Source of the DNA: the human T2T-CHM13v2.0 reference genome, Homo sapiens
Assembly (NCBI RefSeq): GCF_009914755.1
Contig: NC_060930.1
DNA: 64,000 nt
Reading direction: 5' to 3' (one strand)
Below are positions 31,461 to 45,560 of the stretch, piece after piece. Each line of letters opens with the position of its first letter. Position 1 is the first letter of the stretch. Under the pieces are notes generated by a model. The model searched no databases and had not been told where the DNA came from. It was given only the letters and a program-made list of their open reading frames with translations. Both the position numbers and the translations under genes were made by a program.

Positions 31461-33100
31461 AAAACAGCTTTTTTGAGGTACAATTGACATACAACAAACT
31501 GTACATATTTAAAGTATACAAATCAAGTTTGAACACATGAATAAACCCATGAAATCATCACTGAAAGCAGTATAATGAATGTACTCATCACCTCCAAAAA
31601 TTTCCTCATGCCTTAATGTAATCCTTCCCACTTCCCACTCTATTTCCATGCAGCCACTTATCATGTTTTGTCACTATAAATTAGTTTGCATTTTCTAGAA
31701 TTTTATATAAATGTAATTATAAAGTGTGTACTCTTTTTGGGTCTGGCTTCTTTCACTCAGCATAATTATTTTGAGAACAACCCATGTTGTCTGAGAAATA
31801 AAAATAAAATCCTAAGCCCCCCAACTGACTGAACAAACCCTCTCTTGGCTAGGGCACCCCAGAGAAACTTAAAAACTGAATTTGGGCCATGACAAGATAG
31901 GAGGTTGAACACACCTCCTTATACCTCCTCCTTCAGTAATCGCCATTAGGCTAAGAGTTAAATAGAAACCAGCCCCATATGTTAAACAGAAACCAGCCCT
32001 TTTGAAAGCTGTGCTTTGCTGCTGATCTACACAACTGACCTGTATTTCTTTCTGACAAAGGACCACCAATAATAGACTGCTTTTGGTCAGTTTACAGAGG
32101 CTGCACACAAAATGCCTTTGCTTCTTCCATTTCACCTCTTGATGCACACAGCCTAATTTTCATGCATTGAAAGTGAACATGGGACATATGTAACATGTAA
32201 GTTTGCTTACTATGCATGTATACATGCCCCCTTTGTGAATAGTTATAACTTCTCATATAATCTGTTAAATACGCGTACTTAGATGACTCATTCAGCATAA
32301 ATTTCTATGTCACTCTTCTCTATGAATATCTGCTTCTGGTTTCTATCAGAGGCTACATTTCCCCAGTAGCAACCCTTTATAAAACATAGAATTCCCTACT
32401 CTAAGTTTATGAACCTCATGATTCTTCAGCTGACATGTTATGCATCAACAATTCTTTGCTTTATTTTGCTGCATAGTTTTCCATGGATTAGATACCACCA
32501 TTTGTTTATCTTCTCACCTGTGGGTGTATATTCAGGTTGTTTCCATATTTTGGCTATTACAGATAAAGATTATATGAACATTTATGTCCAAATCTTTAAG
32601 ATATCCTCTTAAGAGAATGAAAAGACAAGCTATACACTGGGAGAAAATATTTACAAATCATATGTCCATCAGAAAACTTGCATCTTGAATATATAAATTG
32701 CATCCTGAATATATAAATAACTCTCAAAACTCAAAAATAAGAAAACAGATATCCCAATAAAAACAATGGGCAAAAGATTTTAAGAAATATTTCACCAAAG
32801 AAAATGTGAAGATAGCAAATAAACTCAGAAAAAGTAGCTCAGCATCATTAGTTATGAGGCAATGCAAATTCAAATCATAATTAGGTACCAGTACATACTG
32901 ATTAGAATGACTAACGCTCCAAGTGCTAGCAAGGATGTAAAGGAACTGGAACACTCACAAATTGTTGATCTTAATGTACAATGGAACAATTCCTTTGGAA
33001 AACAGTTTGGGGATTTTTCAAAAAGTAAACATATACCTGCCATATGGCTCAGCTTGTCCAAATCTAGATAGTTACACAAGAGAAATGAAAGAACATGTCC
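31461..33100 (-). mobile_element. Old L1MC-type insertion with 5' inversion (about 32610-33100 in + orientation), interrupted by an LTR
   Basis: Antisense 3'UTR at 31461-31791 and 32436 to about 32598, then sense ORF2-end sequence. TSD TTTCTGCTGA(T/G)TTTA at 31446-31460 and 33101-33115. Confidence 0.85.
31792..32435 (+). mobile_element. ERV1 MER4-group solo LTR (MER72/MER49-like)
   Basis: Starts TGAGAAATAAAAATAAAATCCTAAGCCCCCCAACTGACTGAAC and ends ...cagctgaCA; flanks are tgtc and tgtt. Confidence 0.8.
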
Positions 33101-33313
33101 TTTCTGCTGAGTTTATTCACTCTAATGTTTGTTCTTCTAATCATTATTCAGTTCGATTCACAACTATAGTGATATCTGTGCTTATCAGTTTCCCTTTAGA
33201 TGTACAGCTACAATATTAAGCTATTTTATAAAAGTGTGCTGAACATTTTTTACATTGCAATAAAAAAAACCTTGCCACATGGTTAATTCCTACTCACTAA
33301 TTATTTACAAATA

Positions 33314-33555
33314 TAGTTTACCATCAAACAACATGGGTTTGAACTGCAAGGGTCCACTTACAGACAGATTTTTGTTAACCAAACATGGATTGAAAAATAC
33401 AGTGTTCTTAGGATACAAAGCAGGCATATTGGAAGGACCAACTTTTTGTGTACTCAGTTTCCTCAGGGCTGACAACTGGCCTTGAGTATGTGCAGATTTT
33501 AGTATATGCAGGTGTACTAGAACCAACTTCCTGTATGTACTGAGGGACATAACTG
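33314..33555 (-). mobile_element. MER8 (Tigger-family MITE)
   Basis: 'aacaacatgggtttgaactgcaagggtccactta...tactgagggacataactg'; about 240 bp with TA flanks. Confidence 0.82.
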
Positions 33556-35664
33556 TAGTGTTAATGGCAGATCTTGATGAATTTCTTTCAGTAAGCATCT
33601 AACTTTAACCCCGACAATGAAGTTAGTAAATTTTCTAGTAGCCCAAAAGTATATTTTCCAAAGTTGTTGGTACAAAACAAATCCTTTATTTAAGGATGGT
33701 AGTAAAATGCAGCTGAAATAGACTATCTGAAAGCCTACAAAGATAGCTTTCTTCAATTGTATCAAGTTAGACTATTATGTTAGTTCTATACAAAGGATGG
33801 ATTCTTTATACCTTAGACATAGCAAGGAAGAAACATTAGTATATTTGAAAACAAAATTGTCTATAATTTTATAGAAATTCTATCTATAGAATAGAGATAA
33901 TAATATTTCCATCTCACAGGGTTGTTTGAAGATTACATGAGATAAAGAGCGTAAAGCTCAAAGTGAATACCTGGCTATGGCCAACACTCGCCGAATGTTT
34001 TTCTTTAATACTGTCAATAATAACTCTTTGTTTTGTTAAATGCAATTCACACAAATAAGCTAGTGATAAAATTAACTGAGCTAATATTGTTCCAGATATA
34101 AGTGAGAAAAGTGAATTCTGGTAGATTTATTATATATGCCTCAAACACATTTTCATTTTGGCATAAATATTAAGAAGCACTAATAACTAAGGAAGGCCAT
34201 TCAAATACAAAAGTTGAGACTCTCGGACAGATATGTAAAAGCATTATAGATCATACATTTTTAATCAGTGTATCTTTTGTCTTCGGTTTAGTTGCTAGTC
34301 ATGACTTCATCACTTAAGCAGATGGATAATTTTTTCAAAACTCAAAATTATAGTTTTTAGTGCATTTGTAGTTTTAATTTTGTTGATTTGTGTTTCAAAT
34401 TTGTACTACCTTTCTAGTAAAAATCTTGAGAAATATTGGCAGGTCAGAAGCACAGTTCATGAGATATATATTATACAAACATGGATCCACATTCTGATTC
34501 TAAGTTACTAGTTGTAACATCCTTGCCTCATTCTGAAAACTAAGTATTTTGAATAACATAAAGGACACTAATTCAATCATTAAAAAAAACTAAGTTTCAT
34601 TTTAAATTGCCTCACTTTGACACTTATGGTGTTATCTTCCCAGCATATTTCCATAACCTACAATTATAGTATCACATTGTGAATAAAGCTCATATTTCCT
34701 AAAATTAATTCCTGACACTAAAATAGAATGTTGCTATTGTGCTCAGACATTTAATGTTTTTGACTGACTTACTATATCTATGAAGTGGAGTTGTATTTCT
34801 CAGAAGTATTTTTAGGAATGTTTAGCTATGTCTTTTAAAATTCCCCAGTGAACTGAAGAGGGCAACAGTTACTTAGTGGATGCTTGGTCCAAATACGACA
34901 TTTTTTTAAAAAAAAACTTCCATTATTACTACTAGTTCTAATATTTAAAAGGTTAAATTACAAGTACTCATAGCCAATATTTTCATTGAAATTCTATGAC
35001 ATATTTATTTTTATCTTAAGGTTGTATTTATTGATACACAGAGTTTCATATTACAATTTATTCAAAATAAATAAAAGTAAAATATGTTTATAGAATTTTA
35101 CAAAACATTAGATATTCATTCTAGCATTTATAAGCTTTTAAAATGCGAGATAATTTCACAAAACACATCTCTACATATAATCAAGTATTACATTGAATCC
35201 TTTTTCTTGTTAAAAGATGTAGTAATTTATTTCACTTCATTTTATTTCCTTTTGGTTGATTATATTAAATTTCAAACTTGTAATTTTTAGAAATTTCTAT
35301 GGCAGAACCTGTAGCATTCCCCTGCCAACCCCAAACACTTCATATGCAAGTATAATATGGAAGTATCATCTTCTCTATAGTTTCCTAAGCAGTTAGGTAA
35401 CCTGTACCAGGCATGAGCACTTTTAAATGACTGAAGGTCCTGAAAAGTTCAAATCTACACCTATAGACAATTCAGAAAATCCAGAGGTTAACTGCTCTTA
35501 GCCACTAGGATGGAATCAGGGACATCCCCACAGCAAATCACAGCTGCTGACATTCCCACTCCAAAGCACCAACTCATCATACTTAAAGGGACACCTAGAA
35601 GCCTCTTTCTACAGCCTTCTGATCTTTATGCTATCTAAAACCTACAAGCATACTGTGGGTGCTA

Positions 35665-35870
35665 CAAAGATATAAGAACACAGACTTGGCAATCAAAAGG
35701 GCAGTGTCCAAATCTTAGCTCCAACACTTGCTTGTTAATTGGGCAACTTTAACTTCTCTGCATCTTATTCATCTACAAGACAGGAGTATAAATAAAAGTA
35801 TCACACGTTGTTGTTGTTGTGAAGCTTAAAAGAGTCTAAAACTTCTATAAGCAAATAGGACAATGGCTAG
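35665..35870 (+). mobile_element. MIR fragment
   Basis: 'caaatcttagctccaacacttgct...ttgggcaactttaacttctctgcatc'. Confidence 0.55.
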
Positions 35871-38221
35871 CATTATTCTTCAAAATGTATGTTTTAATGC
35901 ATTATGATTTTTGTTTTAGGTTTTGTTTGTTTATTTTTCATAATTATTCTGGTAGGCAAACAAATTTTCTTTTGGAAATACATTATGAGAAATTTTCTTC
36001 TGCTAATGTAATTGATTGCAATCCTGTATGAAAATATCCTTCATTCAATAAACACTTATTGCATGCCTACTACATGCCAGGCACCACACCAAGGGAACCA
36101 GTTGAGAAGTGTTTCAACTATAAAACTTGAAATTACCTTTAAATTCAAATGACACTGAAAACAATATGCATCCCCAAAGTGCTGTCTGAGAAGGTACAGT
36201 TTCTTTGCACTTTTAAGAGGAGAATGGAAAGTCACTCCCTTCTCATTCCCTTCTAATTGGAGAAGACATCCACAGAGATGCATGTTCTCATAGGTGGAAC
36301 ATACAGCCCCATCATGAAAGGAAGATGCATAAAAATCAATGCCCAGGGCAGAGGTTTATAAGCCTGGGCATCCAACATGGAATGTGGAAGGCCAAGGGTT
36401 TCTTGTTTTTAGGAGTGGTAGAGGGGAAAGGATGAAGACTCATAAAACATGATACAATGCCAACTGAAAAAGAGCAGAGCACAGAAGTGTCTCTGTTTTG
36501 GTTATAATGTTTATGTGTGGAAACACTAGACAAGAAAATAGAAAAATGAAAGCAGCTGATACGTCAGCATGAGGAGACGGTGAGTAAATTTTTCTTCTAT
36601 TTGATTTATTGTATTGTTACTATATGTTACTTAGGCAATAAATACAATTCAAGAGAAAGTAAAAATTAAGACCAAAAAGTAAAGACATATTTTAAAACTA
36701 CCACAAGCAAGTGGAAAATTATCAAAGTGAAATAAATTTGAATCAAATATCAAAATGAATTTGAATTAAAACTATCAAACTGAGTTATTTATTTAAAGCA
36801 TTATCCTAAAATATCATCTAAAACAATCCCTAACATGAAAACAACTTGTAGGTCAAAATGGCATTAATTTATTCAACAGACATTCTTCCCTTACTGCTCA
36901 GCTCACTTTTTCTCTCCATGATGAGATACAAGTTGTTGGAGGCTCTGCTTCCTTCATTCTCCCCTCCCTGGGGACCCCTTCTGCCACCAGAGTTCCATGT
37001 CACCTCTGGAGCTCACAACTCACCAAGGGATCCATACTTAGTGAAACCTTGACACAAAGTTAGATCTAATAAAATCAAGTTTTGTTAAACATCTGAGAAC
37101 TAGCCTAGGACTACCTCTCATTTGTAACTTTATTTCAAGGAAAATGATACTTACTGGGTAAATTTTCCCATGAACTCCAAACTTTCAACTTTCAAGGAAG
37201 CTTTCAGAACAAAACCTAGTCTAGCCTGGGCCCTGATTATTCTATATAATTCTTATATTCAGACATTATACTCAAACATCATATCATTCCAATCAATCAA
37301 TCAGCCTCAGTAGTCAGATTTCTTCCAGAATCCTATGGAACTACAGGATTAGTACTTCTAAATGTAGTTGTTTTCTTTCTAAATGTAAGGAATGGTTAAC
37401 ATCATAGGCTATCATATAGAGGACAATAGCTGTATATCTCAGAGATATGGTTAACAACATGGTAAATGCATTTTCACCAGAATTCTGACTTCTGATAGAT
37501 CAGGACCACAACTCTGCTCTTATGAACACAAGAATAATACTTACGTTCTATGTCTTTTCCATTATAGGTATACAGAGAACTACTCGGGGAAATTACTTAA
37601 TCCAGATTGTAACCAAAGTCATACAATTGCAACATCATTTAAATTAAGTTTCACTGGACTAAACAATTTTGGAAACTAACATGTATCTGTTCCATTTTTC
37701 CTTTGATAACTTTTGATAACCTAGGTATTTACAAAAAGAATAATGAGGCAATAATTACCTTTAACCTGCTAAAAGCAGTACCTTTGGAGAAATGTAAAAG
37801 GAAAAACTTCAACTCTTCCTTTTATTAATGATATTTCTTCACCAGCACAGACACCAACATACTCTGGCAGCTTCCACAATCTATATTGTGTTAGCACCTT
37901 CATTCTATGACATTATTATGCACTTTCTTATGTGTGGTTACATGACTCTTCTCATCTGTATATTTAATCTGTCAAATTATATTGCTGTTTCCTTAGAATG
38001 AACATGGCTTTTCTTACTTTTGCACATCCCCTTACTGTCTGATTGCTTGAGATCATCTTCATGAAATAGTTCTTAAATAGGTATTTTAATGGTTTAATTG
38101 TTTAAAGATACAAAAAAATTCATATAGTTTTATAATTTTACTACTAAGAATAAAATATATATTTGCAGAAAAATCAAATTACATTAATTTGGATAGCTGC
38201 CCTGATGAAACTGAATGATTA

Positions 38222-38285
38222 TTTGGCTATTAGTAACATATGTTTTGACTATTAACAACATATGATTTGACTATTAACAATATAC
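38222..38285. repeat. 22-bp tandem repeat, about 2.8 copies
   Basis: Units of the form TTTGACTATTAACAACATATGA start at 38222, 38244 and 38266. Confidence 0.85.
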
Positions 38286-38339
38286 ACGCCCCTGTATCTG
38301 CTTTGTGCTATTTTAAATACACTGCATGTACAGGCTGAG

Positions 38340-38741
38340 TGCTATGGCGAACCCTGGGGATTCCCCCTTCAGGACTGCAGCACTCATTTCTCTTGATGCT
38401 GGTAGCGTTTCCTGCTGATGTTGCGCACTTAAGGCTCTCTCCTGAAATTGCCTTAGACCATGAGGAACTGCCTCACTGACGGCTATCGCTCCCTCCACAG
38501 AAGCAAGCCTTTTCATTCTTGCCTCAAATGGGGACAACTGAGAAGGGCCACCCTGCTTTCAAGAGCTCCATGGGATCAGCTAAGTCCTGTGTTGTATTTG
38601 CATCACAGTTCAACTTTTCCCTCTGCAAAAGCCTGCCTCCCTCACTCTCTTAAGGAGTGTTCCCAAGGCATTACACAATAAAAACCCTTGCATGCAAACC
38701 CCCAAATCTGTGTCTGCTTCCTGGGAATGCAACCTGTAACA
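38340..38741 (+). mobile_element. ERVL LTR16A/C-like solo LTR
   Basis: 'ggattcccccttcaggactg...cttgcctcaaatggggacaact...aataaaaacccttgcatgcaaac...ctgcttcctgggaa..caacctgtaaca'. Confidence 0.82.
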
Positions 38742-40317
38742 ATCTTTCCTATCTTATGATCCAGAAGAAAATATAATATGGGAAAGATGAATAATTTGTC
38801 CACAGGCAAACCTTGCACCCAAAATATCTGCATCTGGTAGTCTGTGTTTCCTAAGTGAAAAAGAACAGCAGCTAGGATGTTTTAATCATTTTATTTCCCT
38901 TGTGGTTGCTTAGTCGGGGCACTCCCTCGTCAGGTATTAAAGCTATGTAACTTCATTAAACATGACTTTAGAAACTCCTTACCCACAATGTATGTGCCAA
39001 AACAAATGTACTGCTGTCCGTCAAGCAGACCTAATGAATATCTGATAAGACATTTGACGCACTATTACATGAAGAAAAAGAAAAACAAATCTGTAGAAAA
39101 AGAATGTGTAATACTTCCCTTTATTTTATGTGCAGCATAACCCAGAATTTGAGACAAAAATAAAATCACATATTCATTTTTTCCCAGTTAATTTATCAAA
39201 CTCCAAAATTGCCCTTAGTAGTAGTAGGCACACTCTCTCAATTCTCAGGCTGGGAAGGGATTTAAAAAGAAGTTAAACTGCATCTTTAACACTTCATTCC
39301 TTTAAACAAGCCTGAGGCAAATAGGATAATTCTGAAAAGATGTATATGTGTTCTTATATTGCCTTTAGAGCTTTTCTATATTTATGAATATTTTTATAAA
39401 AGATGGGTGAATAGCCCATAGTCAGTGGAATAAATACAATCTTGATTCATTGGGCATCCAATAACATATGAAGGAGGCAGTTTTGTTTATCATAAGTTGA
39501 TTTATTTGGAGGTCAGCTCAGCCTAAATTCCTCTTAGGCACCCATTGAGTATTGTTTGCCTGGCAGTGCTCATTGCCAAGGTATCATTACTGTGTCACAC
39601 CCAAGTGGTCGTGGCCTCTCTCTGACCATCAGCACAGGTACCCCTTCTTATATCTCTAAACTGTGACTTTATGCAGGGTTCACTTGCAGTTTGAAAGGGC
39701 TCCTGCTCACAGTAAGTTCTAGATTTTGTATGCATTTATCCTCCTTACTCTTTTCTTCCTCTTTCTCGATCCTGCTTTCAGTAGTCAATTTGCATGCCAG
39801 GATTAAGTTTTCCCTGTTTGTATCTACTCAAGTCCCCTCCATTCAGCAAGTTTAGAAGTCCAAATGTCCTAACAAATGAAAAGAAATGTTAACCAGTCTT
39901 TATAAAGAGCAACCATCAACACTATGTGTAAAACATAGAGTCATGCTTTCTTTGTCCAGAACTCAGAGGTCTAGTAGTATTTATATTTATCTGGAATTTA
40001 TCCTACACTCAAAAATTGAGCCAAAAAGGCTTCCAAAAAGACTAGAATTATTGAGTCCACATAATCAGCCACATACTCAGTTTGCATAGAGGAATATCCC
40101 TCAGGCCCTAACTCAGAAACATTTTGCCTTATTTTAGATATAATTTTTCTAAGCCCTGTAATCTTGTTTTCATGTTCTCTAAATATATATTAAATTGGAT
40201 GAGTCAAGAAGGAAATGATAATAATAATAATAGTTAGATATAGGAGAAGAGGCTAAAGCTTTCTGAAAATCAACAATAGGGATTTTAAAAGAATAATAAT
40301 ATGGGGCCACAATATAG

Positions 40318-40643
<326 letters not shown>

Positions 40644-40910
40644 TAAAACTGTAATAGACTCTAAAGAGCTCTCTGTATTGCTGCACATTCTAATAGTGTT
40701 GAAAAGATAAATACTGTTATAATAGCAATTAATAAATTAAATAAATCTAAACTACATATTAGAGAGTTTCCTATTCAGCCAAAATGACAAAATTAAAACA
40801 CATACTTAAAGCTGTCTAAGAAACTTAGTTACAGACCAATTCTTTTAATTGAAGTCTAAACATGTCACTCTGTTTTTAATACTTTTCCATTGTTTTCAGT
40901 TTTCATAATC

Positions 40911-41940
40911 ACAGTCTCCAACTGGTGATGTATGCCCTTCAGAGGGAAAAGACAATCCTTTACAGTATAAGAAACAAATGTTAAAACATTTACATTTATT
41001 GCACCACATTTTTTATCTTTAAAAAGAAGTGCATTGAGTTGTATTGTAGGTAGGCTCTGGTACTTTGCCTCAGTTCCACTGATATGTGGTCACACAGGAA
41101 ATAATAAGAATTCAGAGGTAAGAGATGGGGTGCCTCAGTGAAAAGTTTGATGGTGATACTCTCACTCTATGTATCAGCAAGTACATTTATTAATTATATT
41201 AGTCCATTTTCACACTGCTATAAAGATACTACCCAAGGTGGATAATTTATAGAGGAAAGAGGTTTAATTGACTCACAGTTCCACATGGCTAAGGAGGCCT
41301 CCGAAAACTTACAGTCATGGCAAAAGGCGAAGCAGAAGCAAGGACCTTCTTCACATGGTAGCAGGGGAGAGAACAGTAAAGGGTGAAGTGGGAAGAGGCC
41401 CTTATAAAACCATCTGACCCCAGGAGAACTCACTCACTATCACAAGAACAGCCTGGGGGAAACTGCCCCCACGATCCAATCACCTCCCACCAGGTGTCTC
41501 CCTCAACACATGGGGATTATAGGGATTACAATTTGACATGAGATTTGAGTGAGGACACAGAGCCAAACTATATCATTAATTACATCACTTAGTCTTTACT
41601 AGACAAAATTTCAGAAAATGAATGAGTGGTTAAAAATATTCATCCAAAAAATCACTGACTGAAGATAATACTAAGAATATAAGCACAAAAGAGCAAGTTA
41701 AAACTTGTAGAACGGAAACACCTTCTTCCCTTAACACCCAGTGCCAACTCAAGGTAAAGAAAAGGATGATCTAATAAGATTTGATAAGACGCTAGGCAAA
41801 AATGTTTAACATTATTAAGAAGACTACTAGAAATACTAATTTATATCTGCTTTCATGATGGATGAACCTCAAAGTATATATTGAACTTTGGATATCAGCT
41901 AATAACAATATAAACCCATCCCAATTAGAAGAACTCTTAA
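40911..41940 (+). mobile_element. hAT-Charlie fossil (Charlie4-like) interrupted by an LTR
   Basis: Terminus-like 'cagtctccaactggtg' and transposase-start-like 'atgaatgagtggttaaaaa...gaagataatactaa'; diverged. Confidence 0.5.
41195..41575 (-). mobile_element. MaLR solo LTR (THE1D/MSTA-like)
   Basis: THE1/MST body. Exact TSD TTAAT at 41190-41194 and 41576-41580. Confidence 0.92.
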
Positions 41941-43834
41941 AACTACATTTTTTTCATCTTTAGCACATCCCCTTGGAATTTGTTTTTATTTGTGTTTAGT
42001 AAGGTATATCATTCACTCAATAGCTAATTATTAAGACTCCCCTTTCCAGGTACTGTTATAGACAATAGAAAGATATCATTAAATACAATAGGTTTTTGTT
42101 TTTTTAAAAAAAACTTATCTAATGAAGTTTACATACAATTACATAAATAAGTGAACACACATATATCAAAGGAATGCTCTTTTTAAAATTTATTTTATTT
42201 TGCTAATTATGTGTTTGGATATCACTGGTATACATGCAAAACTCCAAGGTTCTTACATGCTGTGTAAGTCATTCCTCCATACGTATGTGACTTTGATTCT
42301 TGCTCAGTATAGTCTCAAACTTCTCTTCCCTGTAAATGTGACATATTTGCAATTCTTCAAATATCTTATTATAACACTGCTCTTCTCAGTGCTTTGTGAG
42401 CCTCTCTTTCCTCTGACTGGAATAGTTCTTCTCGTCTTCGTTTCCCTTACCTTTTTGTTTCTCACATCTCCTTTCTCATTGTTCAGTCCCCCATCTCTCT
42501 GTAACCTCATGCAGTTGTTCCCCAGAATGTACCCATTCTATTCCTATGCCCTCCATCACTGTGCCCTGTATCCATTGTTGAATCTACCACAATGTTCTGG
42601 CATCATTTGTCAGCATAACTATGGTCTCCTTCAGGGAGAGATCCATCTTATTTTCTCCAGTACTAGCATTATGTCTAGCAGATAGTAAGCCCTATAATAT
42701 TTTAATGGTATTGTCTTAAACTAATCTCCAAATGGTTTTCAGATAACTAAAGTTTTACTCTTTGTGTTTCATCAAATAAATTTAATCAAGGGATTAGCCT
42801 TGCTCGTTTTCCAAGAGAATGTGTGCCTGGTCAACTAGCAATTAATAGAAGTATTTGTACCACATGCTATCTTTATTTTAATATGTCTAAACCCATTAAC
42901 CTGGATCTTGCTTGGCAAGATTTGTTCCACCACCAAAATGGTTATAATTTTGTGAGTTAGACTAGTATGATAATATTGTATAAAACAGGATTGCTAGAGG
43001 TTGCCTGTAATATTTTTACTTCCAGGAAACAAGCTGAACTAGAGTCAACATGTTCCCAGTGGCATTGTACTTTCTTATTTATTTTATTGAAAAGTCACTT
43101 AGAAAGAAATGCATGCTTTACAGCTATGAATACTGATGATGCACGTAGAATTGCAGGAACTCAAATTGTATAGTCCACAAAAAAACAAATAAATTTCAAG
43201 ATGTGGATAAAGTACATAACTAATGTAGCATCATAAAAAGTTTTAATGATGCAATAGAACTAACTCAATATCAGGAAGAGAATAATTGAGTAAGATAGTT
43301 CAGGCAAGATGATCTCATAGAATATGTAATCTTGCCCTCATTTCAATTATTGTAAGAACTAAATGGGACCAAATTTGTTTGGAATTTCCATAGATGCCAG
43401 TCTCTTTAGTTGCTCATTATTCTCCAAATAGCAAAGAATACATGAACTTCTTAGCTGTTTTTAATTTAACAGATGTAATCAAATTACAATAAACATAGTT
43501 GCTTATCATATCCATCCAAATCTCTGGAAAATATTAAAATTTATTGTCAAAGTAACGAGAACAAAAGAAGCTGTGCCCTGGCATGTGTTCTGTTGGGAAT
43601 TTCTTGTTGCTTTTTGTGTACTTTTTAGTGCAATCATGGTTGCAGCTGAACCTTATTAATATTTTCTCTCTCACAATCTTTCTTTTTCTTTTGAGAATGG
43701 CATTAAATGATAAAAATTACAAATTGATACCAAACGATAAAAATTACAAATTAGTTCATCACCACATTTTTCATGGCTCACCCATAATTTTTTCTTCCTT
43801 GATGAACAGATCATTGGAGTCTTGCCTTTGTAAT

Positions 43835-44616
43835 TGGGACAACCTGCCTGCAGAGAGGATCTATCCTCTCTGCTGAGAGCTGAACACTCATTAGGACACC
43901 CAGGCTACAGAGAGGAGCTACCCTCTGCTGGTCTCCTCTGAGCTGTTTGATGGTTCAATAAAGCTCCTCTTCATCTCACTCACCCTCCACTTGTCTGCAT
44001 ATGTCATTCTTCCTGTATGCAGGACAAGAACTCAGCACCCACCCAATGGTGGGGCTAAAAAAGCTGTAATACAAACAGGGCTGAAACATGCCCCTTGCTT
44101 GCCACCTTTCAGGCGACAAGAGGGAGAGAAGAGAGAAGGAGATAAGAGAAAAGGAGATAAGAGCTGGGGCGCTTCAGGGGGCCCAGACCTGGGAGCTCCC
44201 CAAGCCAGGGCTGTGACTCCTCATTTGGGGCCCTGCAGTTCCTGGAGTCTCCAAGCTTTCAGGTACCACCGCATTCCCTGGTGGCAGCCATGAAAGCTGC
44301 TTGCAGTGCGACTGGGCCAGCTGCAGCCTCACAGGGAACTGGCACCTGTGTTGGCATGTGGAGCTGCCCACCCCGCTGCAGCAGCCAGCGTGCCTGACTG
44401 TGTGCCGTGGCCAGACTACAGGATTGCTCACTCACACACCCCTTGCCACTATGCTCCAGTCTCCTCAGAGACGTGGGATCCAGGCCGGTAGTGCAAGCCA
44501 AATGCAGCCTGCTAGGCCAAGTGGGCCCAGCAGGCCCGAGCAAAACTCAGGAAAAGGCGCCACCGGCCACAGAGGTTTCTGGCTAGAAAAGCAACAGCCC
44601 CAAGGATCCCATAACA
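43835..44616 (+). mobile_element. ERV1 MER52-type LTR, 3' part only
   Basis: 'caacctgcctgcagagagga..ctatcctctctgctgagagctg', AATAAA near 43948, ends 'caaggatcccataaca'; GC-rich. Confidence 0.85.
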
Positions 44617-45379
44617 ATTTGACCAAAAAACCTAAAGTTCTGTTTTGATAAAGCACTTAAGTTTGTGAGAAAAACTACCTCTAGCGAAGAATATATCAGT
44701 TAGAATATACTTTCTTGCCACAGGATTCCTGAACCCATTAAGGTATATGACAACATAAGGCAATATTTCCTTCGTTTCTAAATGTGTGCTCCTGTGTATG
44801 CCAAAGATAAAAGTGAGGTGCCAAGAATTTTTCTTTCTTTGATTCCTTCTTAGCCTTAGTGTTTCTTCACTTTGTCACATGCTATTATTTGTTCAACCCC
44901 ATCTGTGAAGCATGTACTTGCTTCCCACAATGCTGCCATCAGTGAGAGGAAAACCTGGAAATAAAACCATTTATTCTGTCACTTGTCATCTTTTTCTGAA
45001 TCACTTCTTAAGAACTTCTCAGAATTTGTACCACCCGTGATGACAGGGCTAATCTTCAACCAAGATAGTGAGGGTTTCTGGAAAAATTCTCTGGGTAAAT
45101 TCATGTATGCTATAAACTCAGTGACATACTTGCTTTGTAGAATTTAATCCACCATTTCAAGTCTGTCTCATTTTTATCAATAATATGAGCAAATTATACA
45201 TAACAATTAAAATGTGAAAAATACAAGGGTCAAACAGCCTTAATAAAAATTTAATGTCTGATTTTCTGCAATATAATTGCTTTATGTTTAATGTAATTTT
45301 TCTATGGCCTTTAACCTGGGCTAACTTGATATTATAGCCACAAAGAAAGATATGCTGAAATTTTCTCTCTCTCACATAT

Positions 45380-45560
45380 TAGCTGTTTGCTTTAGACAGG
45401 TCACAACTTCTCTGAGCCTCACTTCCCTCTTCAGTAAGGGGAGTGTAATACAACATTTGGCCTTCCTATTGTGAAGGCATTATTGCAAAAATAAAACAAA
45501 TGATTTATGTAGTGACAATTAGTACATAATAGAGTGCTATATAAATGTTATTATTAGCAT
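45380..45560 (+). mobile_element. MIR fragment
   Basis: 'caggtcacaacttctctgagcctcacttccctcttcagtaa'. Confidence 0.6.

Noticed and set aside
38222-38285. Short direct repeats as a CRISPR-like array (also 43709-43752, 32678-32717, 15763-15785)
   Set aside because: Only 2-3 copies, no series of unique spacers, eukaryotic context; simple slippage duplications.
42200-42685. 161-aa hydrophobic ORF
   Set aside because: TTG start, pyrimidine-rich low-complexity bias, no recognisable domain or gene context.
43991-44656. Cluster of overlapping ORFs in GC-rich DNA; possible CpG island
   Set aside because: Explained by the MER52-type LTR; CpGs are largely decayed.
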